From: Octopus bimaculoides
Taxonomy: Eukaryota
Length of the DNA: 59,811 bases
Assembly: GCF_001194135.2 (NCBI RefSeq)
Contig: NC_068988.1
Coordinates: 74,119,988-74,179,798 of the forward strand
Direction: 5' to 3'
Part shown: piece by piece, positions 1 through 9,916 of the stretch
How the letters are laid out: every line of letters begins with the position of its first letter
Position numbering within the stretch: position 1 is the first letter of the stretch
Notes under the pieces: model-generated
Databases searched by the model: none
What the model was told of the DNA's origin: nothing
The model's input: only the letters and a program-made list of their open reading frames with translations
Translations under genes and position numbers: made by a program

Positions 1-789
1 CCGTTAGGTCCCTCCTGCTATCCGGCCAGCCGCCCCCATCAAAAAGCTGGACAAAGTGCTCCTGAAAGGTCTCACACATCTCCTCGGGTTCGTTTATCAA
101 CTTACCTTGTTGGTTCGTCAAAGATCCAATTGTAGCATCATTGCCCCGTTGGGCTTCCACCGCTCGGGCCCATCCTACGGCCTTGGTTCCCTCACAACCC
201 ATAGCACGAATTCTAGCCCTGACAATGCAACCCATGTGTTTGGCTTCAAGGTGCTGGTTTAATGCCAGTCTCTTGACCTTCACCTGAGTCGCAGAGCCAG
301 TTCTCATTGCTTCCTCTAATTCCTTAACTAAAACTGTTTCTCTCCTACGCTCTCTAACCACTGAACTTATGCTATATCCAACAGACTCAAATTTAATGGC
401 TCGTTTGAGGGCATACCACCATTTATTATTAATAATGACTCCGGTTAATGCCCTCTGAATTAACAAACTAATCCGATCTCTGTACTCCTTAATCGCCAAA
501 AGGGACGTATTAAGTTTCCAGTAGCCGGAGCCTCTAGTATATCGCTTATCTATGTCGAGCCTACAAGTGATCATTTTATGATCACTGTAGCTGACTGGGT
601 AAAACTGTGGACACTTAGCTATATTTCTATCTACTTTTCTAATTAACACTCTATGTATGACCTGGAAGATCCGTCGCTACTTGACCAAGTCCACATTGGA
701 GCGTTCGGAAATTCCAACCTATAAGGGTCTGCCAGCTCAAAGCGGCTTAGCAGATCCAGGAAGCAAGAATTACCTTTTCTAGTAGTATT

Positions 790-1251
790 TTAGCCAACGT
801 AATCTACACGTGCCTCGCAAATTGTGTTGAAGTCTCCTAGCACAACTAGAGAATGTGATGTACTGAGAAACTTCTCTAGATCCCCCAAAAAATCACTTTG
901 CCCTGATGGGTGGGGTGCATAAATTGCAACCAGTCTAAAAACTTTACCATGGCTGAGCGTCAAGTCCATGACGACCAGCCTACCTTCTGGATCTGAAAAT
1001 ATTAACTTTTTCTCAGAAACCCGGTTTCTTTTTAATAGGACCAACACCCCACTCCCCCTAGAAGGACAGCCTGGAGAGAAAAAACTCTCGTAGCCATTCA
1101 ACAAGGGGAGCAGATCTCTTGGCCCTCTCGACCGGGTCTCTGTAGCAACAACATCCAAATCGCGCAACCTGATGTCATTAAGGAAGCGACCTTGCTTCCA
1201 GCCTGGCAACATGCTACGCACATTTAAACAACCTACATGAATTGACTCCAT
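790..1251 (-). pseudogene. Tx1/L1 ORF2 N-terminal AP-endonuclease domain (interrupted by a stop or frameshift)
   Basis: ORF track: MESIHVGCLNVRS...AIYAPH...VVLGDFNTICEAR. Confidence 0.85.
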
Positions 1252-1620
1252 TACTTACCTCGTATCAGTGGTTTGGCGATTCTTTTTCTTTTTCCTTCAC
1301 TTTTTCTCAGGGTCTTCCTGTATTTGGACGTAGGCCCTCGTAAATGTATGGAGAAAATCCATCCAAGAATTCGGACTTAATCCATCCGTAATCCTTCCAG
1401 CCTATCTTATAAATGAAAAAGTCTTTCGATGTCGTTTTTCTACTCGTTTGGTAGACGCAATAGCTGCCAAACAGTCCACAAGTCTATTATTAGAGGCCTT
1501 GATAGCCATATATGTATTTTCGTTTTCTTTTTGATTTAGTTTGGTGGAGGCGGTCTGTGTTTTTTTCCTTTTTTTTAAGTACAGACGACCACCCCTCCTC
1601 TTTCTCTTCACTCTCTTCTG

Positions 1621-1687
1621 TCGACCCTAGTGTTGTCTCTGGTCGACCCTAGTGTTGTCTCTGGTTCGACCTTGGTGTTGTCACTGG
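1621..1687. repeat. 3 x 22-bp tandem repeat (TCGACCCTAGTGTTGTCTCTGG) within ORF1
   Basis: Units at 1621-1642, 1643-1664 and 1666-1687 (third unit diverged). Confidence 0.9.
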
Positions 1688-2230
1688 TTCTTGTGCTGTT
1701 ACAGGTGCCTCCTCCCTTGTTTCATCCACCACTTCGTCTTCTTGCTCTTTGGTCTTACATTCCGCCCTGATATGGCCTTTTAGACCGCAGTTGAAGCACC
1801 TAGGCTTCCTTCCTTTGACAAAAACTATTAATTTATCTCTTCCACCTAAATTAATAGTTTCTCCGATCTCTTCTAACGTAGCTGCTTCCGCTTGAATTAT
1901 CAAGCATTGACCTTTCCAACGTTCTTCCTTTTCCACCGAGGCCTGGAGTATTGTTATTTTTACCTCCAGGCCCTTCGTGATTCCTGCAACCAAACAAGCT
2001 GCATCCACTTCCGGTGGGATATTGTTAACTTTTATTTTTGACGTTCTTCTTCCCATATATACAAGAAGAAGAACCACCTCCTGTTCTGAGTGTTCCGAAG
2101 AGTATTTTCTCGCTGCCTCTTCCGACCTGAACCTTACCTCTATTGTTCCAAATCTCTTTGCTTGGTTGATATAGGTAATTTCAGGCCATATTTTTTAAAG
2201 ACATTTCTCTATTATTTTTTCTTCCATTTT
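1649..2230 (-). pseudogene. Tx1/L1 ORF1 remnant (gag-like, CCHC knuckle)
   Basis: ...KLIVFVKGRKPRCFNCGLKGHIRAEC; upstream reads KRFGTIEVRFRSEEAARKY. Confidence 0.75.
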
Positions 2231-2458
2231 AAAAATCCTTTTTTTTTTCCGTGCTGTATGTTTTATAAATTATCCTTTTTTTCCCTACTGATTCAGTTTC
2301 ATCTACTATCCATGTTTATTTCTATGCTCTTTCTTCCTGCTACCTCTGCAAACTTTTTTGGTGATACCACCGTTGAACCTGCCGGTGAAATTTCATCACC
2401 GAAAATGCTTGTAAATGCTTCACCCACAGGTGGGAATTCACTTGGTGAATTCAAAAGG

Positions 2459-3182
2459 NNNNNNNNNNNNNNNNNNNNNNNNNNNNNNNNNNNNNNNNNN
2501 NNNNNNNNNNNNNNNNNNNNNNNNNNNNNNNNNNNNNNNNNNNNNNNNNNNNNNNNNNNNNNNNNNNNNNNNNNNNNNNNNNNNNNNNNNNNNNNNNNNN
2601 NNNNNNNNNNNNNNNNNNNNNNNNNNNNNNNNNNNNNNNNNNNNNNNNNNNNNNNNNNNNNNNNNNNNNNNNNNNNNNNNNNNNNNNNNNNNNNNNNNNN
2701 NNNNNNNNNNNNNNNNNNNNNNNNNNNNNNNNNNNNNNNNNNNNNNNNNNNNNNNNNNNNNNNNNNNNNNNNNNNNNNNNNNNNNNNNNNNNNNNNNNNN
2801 NNNNNNNNNNNNNNNNNNNNNNNNNNNNNNNNNNNNNNNNNNNNNNNNNNNNNNNNNNNNNNNNNNNNNNNNNNNNNNNNNNNNNNNNNNNNNNNNNNNN
2901 NNNNNNNNNNNNNNNNNNNNNNNNNNNNNNNNNNNNNNNNNNNNNNNNNNNNNNNNNNNNNNNNNNNNNNNNNNNNNNNNNNNNNNNNNNNNNNNNNNNN
3001 NNNNNNNNNNNNNNNNNNNNNNNNNNNNNNNNNNNNNNNNNNNNNNNNNNNNNNNNNNNNNNNNNNNNNNNNNNNNNNNNNNNNNNNNNNNNNNNNNNNN
3101 NNNNNNNNNNNNNNNNNNNNNNNNNNNNNNNNNNNNNNNNNNNNNNNNNNNNNNNNNNNNNNNNNNNNNNNNNNNNNNNNNN
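2459..3182. other. Assembly gap (others at 3905-3914, 9295-9304, 9437-9446, 11880-11979, 18286-19003, 35912-36339, 52703-52970)
   Basis: Runs of N. Confidence 1.
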
Positions 3183-3239
3183 AATGAAAACATAATAAAA
3201 GACAGGCCGTCGTATAAAGAAAAGAGTGTGTGTAAGTGA

Positions 3240-3995
3240 TACATGTATGTGTATGCGTGATATACAGCAGATATAAAAAGAGTCAGTAACTCATATACGA
3301 ATTTGCCAGTTCTTAGAGTACACAATAGGAACAGTCTGTATGTAAGAAGTTGAAGCGTGTGGGGCAGGGCGATCACTCGTTGTGATGTTAGGGCTTCCAT
3401 GCCAAGCCGGGTTCTTGTATACAGTTGTTCGTCGCAGGCTAGGTTCTTGTCTGTTGTCTATCGTGGCGAAGGTGAATCGCACAAACAGAGTTAGAAGTCC
3501 TGCGGTAGTTTGGTTAACTGGTGTACGTATAGAAAGTCATGATGACGATGTTGGCGACGTCGGTGGCGAATCTTGTAGTTCGTAGTGTCGTGTTGACTGG
3601 CGGCGATGCTGGTAGTAGTCGTAGAGACGTGTTGCTGCTGCTCTGTGTGGTACACGGAACAGGTCTCTAAGAGATCTGAACCGAGACGATTAGGCGGGTA
3701 TAATTTAGGCTATTTATAACAAAATAGGGGCTCCAGGAATGCATTAGAAAAACGCTATCACGTGACCTTATTAGGGGCTGTGATTGGTCAGTTTGCGTTC
3801 TGGCGGGAACGGTACGAAGCAGTTGCCGCTTCAAATAATAATCAGTCAGGTGATGACAGGGAAAGAGATGTTTTCTACTACGCCCGAACTTGAATATATT
3901 TATANNNNNNNNNNTGTTTTCTACTACGCCCGAACTTGAATATATTTATAACAGCGAGAGAAGATGGCTTCTTTGTATATAATGGCGATCGAGGT
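3240..3995. promoter_or_regulatory. CpG-rich island with promoter-like motifs (possible promoter or LTR-like remnant)
   Basis: Locally high CpG; minus-strand TATAAATA ~3712-3719; E-box TCACGTGAC 3758-3766; reverse CCAAT (GATTGG) 3782-3787; YY1-like AAGATGGC 3961-3968. Confidence 0.35.
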
Positions 3996-4769
3996 GTTAG
4001 TTTCACTACAAGTTCAATTATTAAGTGTCTAGATTTAACACGTATATATATCTAACATTTATATATATACATATATATACGTATATATATATATATATAC
4101 ATATACACACATGCACACACATATACACATATATACATATATACATACTTTTTTTTACATATCAATACAAATGCTTATACAAATACAAACGTGTTTTTTC
4201 TATTCTACCTTGTTTTTGGATCTATTATAATATTTAAAGGTTTTGTAGTACCTATGTTTACATGATGATATCGTGTCTGACTTGCTATTTATTAAATTAT
4301 TAAATTATATAGTAATATATGCAGTGATTCTAATGTGCATAAACGGCAATTATTTGATTTATGTGTATATGGTATGGCAGAATCTATTATTGACCAGTCC
4401 AATTTATAATTAATTTAGTTTTTTTTGAGTTTCTGTATATATGTGGCTAATGAAGTTGTATTATTATTTATATTTGGTTTAAATGAATGTATATGCGCCA
4501 GATATCTTTGTTTAAAATTAATAAAACCCCTATGTATACCATTTTATATGAATTATTAATTACTGTGACTATGCATTTATATACTATATTAAGTCTTTTA
4601 CAATGGCCTTGTAAAGGTCATATTTTTTTATTTTTACATGAGCAATTTTTATTGTTTTTATATTTTTGTTGTGGTGAATAATAATAATAATAATAATAAT
4701 TATTATTATTATTATTATTTGTGGTGTATAAAGTATTTTTATATACATTTATATTTTAGGACCTTGAAA

Positions 4770-5520
4770 CAGGTTGAGGAGAAAACAACTGCTAATGATT
4801 GAGAATTGGAATGTTATGTTATGACTAGATATAGAAAATATCTCCTCTATTAGGTTTTGTGGCTCTGGTACTGTAGATTTGGATGGTGGGTGGAAATTTC
4901 ATTATTCAGTTGTGGTACCAGCTATGTTTGTGCTGGCAAGAGTGGGGATACCCACAAGAAACTCAGCTTTAGATTGTGTTATGGAGTGGAGCCTACTAAG
5001 TGGTAGGATTTTCCTCCTGAAGTTTAAGTTGAAGGAAGGACTACTGTGTCTATTGCAAATATATGCCCCAAACTGTGAAGCCAGATATAAATCCTTCTTT
5101 GATGAGGCCACTGCAGCTTTAGTTGTAGTTAAGACTGAATCATGTCCTACAAGGCAACTACAATGTACACATTGGAACTGATCACTGGATTTGGAAAGGA
5201 GTGATAGGCAGGAATGGTGACCCTGAACTCAATGCAAATAGAGAGGCCTTACTAGACTTCTGTGCTGGAAATGAACTCTCTATAATGAACACATTCTTCC
5301 AACACAGAGATATCTATAAGTATATTGGTATAGGAATACTTTGGAACAAAGGAAGAGGCTTACAAAGCTTTGCCTGGAAACAAGTCTTTCATTTTGCACA
5401 TGCCACATCTTTTTGCACCTCAGTACAAAAAGATGCAGAAAAGACAATAAAAACGTCCAAAACTGAATCATAGGTAGACTTTAGGTTAAGTTGGACCCTG
5501 GCAGACTGAAATCCACTGAT
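4770..5520 (+). mobile_element. RTE-clade LINE fragment (AP endonuclease), degenerate
   Basis: GWKFHYS..., LLQIYAPNCEARY, LLDFCAGNELSIMNTFFQHRD. Confidence 0.8.
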
Positions 5521-5544
5521 TTCATAACAAAAATCCCTCATCCA

Positions 5545-6612
5545 CACCTGACATTAAGAACTTAGCTGGGGTTCTCTCTACAAAGGAGAGCTTCTTTTGG
5601 AAACAGAGAGAATATTCTGCTGATCTACAAAATCCAGTTCATGTTTCATTGCTGTGTAGCATGGTTGTTCACACACAGGCATCATACAGTCTGCCTTTCA
5701 CTCCGAGAGAGAGGCCTTTTGGTACCAACAGAAGTAGGAGCTCTCTGAAGTTTACCAAGCCTAATCTTTTTCTTGCAGCTATGTTCTTGGAGTATCCACC
5801 CCCACTACTGACTTGCTCACTTAAGTAACTGAAGCTATCAACTACTTCAAGTTTTCCTCGCTGGCATTTGATAGAGTCTATTTTCTGTACATTTTTAGTG
5901 TTAATTGTATCTATGCACTATCCACACACAAAAATTATTTTCTCTATTAACCTTCCTCTGATATTGCTGCATTTCTTATGTGTCCATAGCTTACACTGCG
6001 TACATCTTATGGAGTTACTATCTATGCCTTTTCTACAGATTGAGCAGGGCCATCTACCTGAAGGGATTTGTGATTTGTCTGCTCTCCTATTTACTAAAAC
6101 TTTGGTTTTACTAGGTTAACTCTAAAGCGCTTCAATTTTAGACCTTGCTTCCAAGTCTGAAATTTCTTCTCTAGTTCTGATAGTGATTCAGCTATAAGAA
6201 CAATATCATCAGCATAGAGGAGATCCCAAGAGCAGCCTGTCTTAAATTCCTCTGTTATTGCCAGGAAGACTATGATGAACAAGAGGGGGATGAGGACTGA
6301 TCCTTGGTAAAACACTACTTGTACCCTAAATTCATCACTATACTCATTGTTAGCCTTCACCTTACTGCCAGCACCCCTGTACATGGCTTGTAAAGCTCTC
6401 ACCAACCACTCATCTATCCCTAGTTTCTGCTTTGATCACCAGATAATGGAGCAAGAGACTCTGTCAAAGGCTTTCTCCGTGTTGACAAAAACCAGGTACA
6501 GGGCTTTATTTTTGGGCAGATATTTCTCTTGCAGTTGCTTAACCAGGAATATAGCATTAGTCATGCTCCTGCCTGGCACAAATCTGAACTGCATTTTATC
6601 TACACCAACTCT
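5545..6612 (-). mobile_element. RTE-clade LINE fragment (reverse transcriptase), degenerate
   Basis: QFRFVPGRS..AIFLVKQLQEK...EKAFDRV; QGSVLIPLLF; LLYADDIVL; C-terminal EVVDSFSYL and KGRLYDACV. Confidence 0.9.
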
Positions 6613-6616
6613 CTTC

Positions 6617-6648
<32 letters not shown>

Positions 6649-7738
6649 ACATATATACATATATAGTTGAAATTTATAGAAAAACAAAAGGCAAAGACAG
6701 GTGTATAAACAACACAGGGTGCGGTGAATAAATTGTCGTCTAAATTACACGAAAATGAAAATAACACTGACATCTCATTTTAACAGATATTTTTACCAAA
6801 ATTACATAAAAATATCTTGAAATACTAATGAGTAAATTTATTCAAAATCGCCATTTGCTTCAACTCGGGCCTCCAGACAACTTCAGAATCTCCTGCAACT
6901 CTTCTGGACTGTCTCCCTGTCTAAGTTGGTGGATGCTGCCATAATCCTTGCCTTCAGTTCATCTTTGGTGTTACAAGGAGTTTTGTTAGTCTCTCACTCA
7001 ACTGCTACCCACACATAGCAACGAAGGGGGTTGCAGTTTGGGGAGTTAGGTGGCCAGATGTTAGGGGTGATGTGGTCGCAGAAGTTGTCTGACAGCCATG
7101 ACTGGGTTCTCCTGCTTGTGTGGCAAGGTGCAGAGTCCTCTTGCCAAACATAGGGTCTTCCAGCAGCCACTGTCTTGACCCAGGGCAGCACTACCTCCTC
7201 CAGGTACTTGATGTAGGCCTCCGTGTTGAGTGTGAGGCTGTGTGGGAAGATGAATGGAAATATAACGTCGCCATCACTAGTGATCACTCCAAACACCATG
7301 ATGTTGACTGGATGCTTGATCTATATCACTCGCAGTACATGTTTTGGGGACATGGCAAGGCTACTATTGTTCTACATGTTCACCATCTCATCCTGACAGA
7401 AATTTTTCTCCTCTGAGAAAAACCAAAGCATTTTTGGTTGGAGGGGATGCTTGAGTTAGTTCAAAAGCTTCATAGTGTGGTCTTTCCTCTTGTCCTTGAT
7501 GGCTTGGAATAAAAATGGGTCCTTTCTCATCTTGTATGAGGAATAATGAATGTCTTCATGCACCACCTGCCTGATAAGAAATTCAGACACTCCCATGTCC
7601 CTAGCAATGGACCTGATTGACGTGGAGGGATTGTTGTCAATCACGGTCTGGATCTCATGAACAAATTCAAGAGTTCTTTTCTTCATTATTTACATTATTT
7701 ACATTTGACGGATATTTGTCCTTATCTTGTTTGTTGTT

Positions 7739-7784
7739 AACACAACATTTCGGCTGATATACCCACCAGCCTTCATCAGGTGTC
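7739..7784 (-). ncRNA. Minimal type I hammerhead ribozyme-like motif in the PLE terminal repeat (copy 1)
   Basis: Minus strand GACAC-CTGATGA-A-GGCTG(gtgggtatat)CAGCC-GAAA-TGTT-GTGTT: catalytic core, stem II GGCTG/CAGCC and stem I GACAC/GTGTT. Stem III reads ATGT here versus ACGT in copy 2. Confidence 0.7.
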
Positions 7785-7876
7785 TTGGGGTAATTTTGAA
7801 TCTGGGTTCTCATTCCTAAGGTATTTTTAGATGTTGTTGTTATATTTATTATTATTATTATTGTTATTATTATTCA

Positions 7877-7949
7877 GGTCACTGCCTGGAATCGAACACA
7901 GAATCTTGGGGTTAGTAGCCCACACTCTTAACCACTATGCCATATGCCC
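7877..7949 (-). other. tRNA-derived Pol III promoter-like module in the PLE 3' repeat (copy 1); not a functional tRNA
   Basis: A box TGGCATAGTGG, B box GTTCGATTC, loop CTACTAA; acceptor stem mismatched. Confidence 0.75.
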
Positions 7950-8597
7950 ACGGGCAATTACGGAGTAAATTTTAGTATCTAATATTTTGCTATCATTCCT
8001 TAATACTGGTTCCCATATGCTATTCATATCTGCACTCGGTCTGCTTAGGAGGTTGTTGTGTCCTAGCATATGTGCTGCTTCTTTTAGTTTTCGCATTTTC
8101 CAGTGGTGTTCTCTGTCTATTGTTTTAACTTCATACCACAGGGGGAGGTGATCTCCATTTTTCCATACATGATCAGCTATACCCAATTTATCAATATCTC
8201 CTCGTGTCATAGCTTTGCAATGTTCCTCTACCCTTATTTTGAGGGGCCAGCATGTTTCGCCTTTGTATAACCTACCACAGCTGCATGGGATGGAGTACAC
8301 GCAGTTTTTGGTCATATTCTCTTCTATTGGTGGTTTTACTCAAAGGAGATATTTGCGAAGTGTTGTATTACTCTTGAATACTGTCCTGATGTCATATGGG
8401 CTGCATATCTTTTGTAACTTTTTGGAGAGGCCTTTCACATAGGGTAGACAGACTGTGGACAGTTTATTGATTTCATCCTTTTTTTTCTTCATAATTGGAG
8501 TAGATAGTATGTTTTTGGGGTAGTTGTTGCTTAATAGATTGTTACTGAGCTTGATCATTTCTTCATGGTGGGTATCACCACAAAGAAATGATGACAT
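7935..8597 (-). pseudogene. PLE ORF C-terminus (RT thumb/linker + GIY-YIG endonuclease)
   Basis: ORFs 8340-8597 and 7935-8315. Confidence 0.88.
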
Positions 8598-8858
8598 GAG
8601 GAGATATTGATAAATTGAGTATAGCTGATCATGTATGGAAAAATGGAGACCACCTCCCCTGTGGGATGAAGTTAAAATAATAGACAGAGACTACCACTTG
8701 AAAATACGAAAACTAAAAGAAGCAACACATATGCTAGGACAACAACCTCTTAAGCAGACTGAGTGCAGATATGGGAATAGCATATGGGAACAGGTATTAA
8801 GGAAGGATAGGAAAATATTAGATTTATAAGCGCTAAAATCCACTTCATAATTGCCTGT

Positions 8859-8931
8859 GGGCATATGGCATAGTGGTTAAGAGCACAGGTTACTAACCCC
8901 AAGATTCCGAGTTCGATTCCAGGCAGTGATC
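8859..8931 (+). other. tRNA-derived Pol III promoter-like module (copy 2)
   Basis: GGGCATATGGCATAGTGGTTAAGAGC...GAGTTCGATTCCAGGCAGTGATC. Confidence 0.75.
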
Positions 8932-8933
8932 TG

Positions 8934-8966
<33 letters not shown>

Positions 8967-8987
8967 AACAACAACAACATTCCCCAA

Positions 8988-9016
8988 GACACCTGATGAA
9001 GCCGAAACGTTGTGTT
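8988..9016 (+). ncRNA. Hammerhead ribozyme-like motif copy 2 (stem II deleted)
   Basis: GACAC-CTGATGA-AGCC-GAAACGTT-GTGTT; palindromic ACGT stem III intact. Confidence 0.6.
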
Positions 9017-9550
9017 AACAACAAATAAGATGAGGACAAATGTAAGTAATGTAAATAATGTACATAATTCCTCATTTCTTAAATATAGAAAAGTTCTTTT
9101 CTTATCAGAACGATCAGAGTGAGTTTTCTGAGCTGCCGTACCTTTGTAATCACCATTAGGCTCATCCAACTCTTTCCAGCATGTCATTTCCAAATTTCCG
9201 GTAGACTGAACTACATCATGATGCTGTTTCTCTCACAGACAGCACCCAACTGACCCTACTATACTGTGTAGTCAACAAAATCAAGAACAAACAANNNNNN
9301 NNNNAAATGGAGACCACCTCCCCTGTGGGATGAAGTTAAAATAATAGACAGAGACTACCACTTGAAAATACGAAAACTAAAAGAAGCAACACATATGCTA
9401 GGACAACAACCTCTTAAGCAGACTGAGTGCAGATATNNNNNNNNNNATATATATATATATATATATATATTTCATATAGAATTAAGGATAAAATCACTAA
9501 TGATTCTATGAAGTGGCCAGCATGAAATACAAACCTTATAGGTAACATTT

Positions 9551-9804
9551 TATACTAATTTATAATTATATAAATAATTATATTAAAGGGTGCAGATTAA
9601 CCACACCATCATGCTAGAAATAAATGCCAAATGGCTCTAAAACCACTTCAATACTCCATTTGCACAGAGTATTACCACTTCAATACTCCATGCTAATGGA
9701 GTGTTGAAGTGGTTTTAGAGCCATTTGGCATTTATTTCTAGCATGATAGTGTGGTTAATCTGCACCCTTTAATATAATTATTTATATAATTATAAATTAG
9801 TATA
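9551..9804. repeat. Long inverted repeat (110-bp arms, 2 mismatches, 34-bp spacer); MITE/foldback-like
   Basis: 9551-9660 is the reverse complement of 9695-9804; the spacer contains a direct copy (9674-9691) of the arm end. Confidence 0.92.
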
Positions 9805-9848
9805 TATATATATGTGTATGTGTGTGTGTATGTATCTGTGTGTATGTG

Positions 9849-9898
<50 letters not shown>

Positions 9899-9916
9899 GA
9901 TTTATTAGATTAACTA

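Larger units (their letters stand above)
1..2458 (-). mobile_element. Tx1/L1-clade non-LTR retrotransposon (ORF1 + 5' part of ORF2), degenerate; runs off the window start and into an N-gap
   Basis: ORF1 with zinc knuckle CFNCGLKGHIRAEC; ORF2 APE endonuclease (GCLNVRS..., YAP, VLGDFN). Manual translation past the stop at 790 gives SDHKMI and the L1-type GSGYWKLNTSLL motif. Confidence 0.9.
7684..9091 (-). mobile_element. Penelope-like element (Penelope/Poseidon-type), 5'-truncated, with an inverted 3' copy (8598-9091); 12-bp TSD AGTTCTTTTCTT
   Basis: GIY-YIG motif CVYSIPCSCGRLYKGET...RVEEH; RT C-terminal linker LPYVKGLSKKL; inverted duplicate of the 3' region; TSD at 7672-7683 and 9092-9103. 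Confidence 0.92.
6715..9294 (-). mobile_element. Tc1/mariner-superfamily transposon of DD37D (maT-like) type, split by a PLE insertion; 5' end lost in a gap
   Basis: WFFSEEKNF, WQEDSAPCH, WPPNSPNCNPL with 37 residues between the second D and the third-D position; terminal CAGGGTG at 6715; N-terminal ...HSDRSDKKRT continues at 9092-9200. Confidence 0.88.

Noticed and set aside
2090-3400. Long ORFs 2090-3187, 2415-3239, 2438-3400 (also 18254-19073, 35780-36501, 52636-53040)
   Set aside because: They are open only because they run through N-gaps.
3869-3950. 36-bp exact direct repeat flanking a 10-N gap
   Set aside because: Typical unmerged contig overlap, an assembly artefact.
3964-3993. Coding first exon (MASLYIMAIE) of the ankyrin gene
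   Set aside because: Weak donor (GTGTTA), and a phase 0 join to exon A would be out of frame with the ankyrin ORF.
4770-6612. Single RTE element with a twin-priming 5' inversion
   Set aside because: The EN fragment lies on the 3' side of the RT fragment, the wrong geometry; two independent insertions are more likely.
8859-8931. Functional tRNA gene (anticodon ACT)
   Set aside because: Acceptor and T stems are mispaired and it lies inside a TE; kept only as a tRNA-derived module. The SINE heads were rejected as tRNAs for the same reason.
9305-9436. Third copy of the PLE GIY-YIG segment
   Set aside because: Appears identical to 8641-8772 and is bounded by two 10-N gaps; most likely a misplaced contig.
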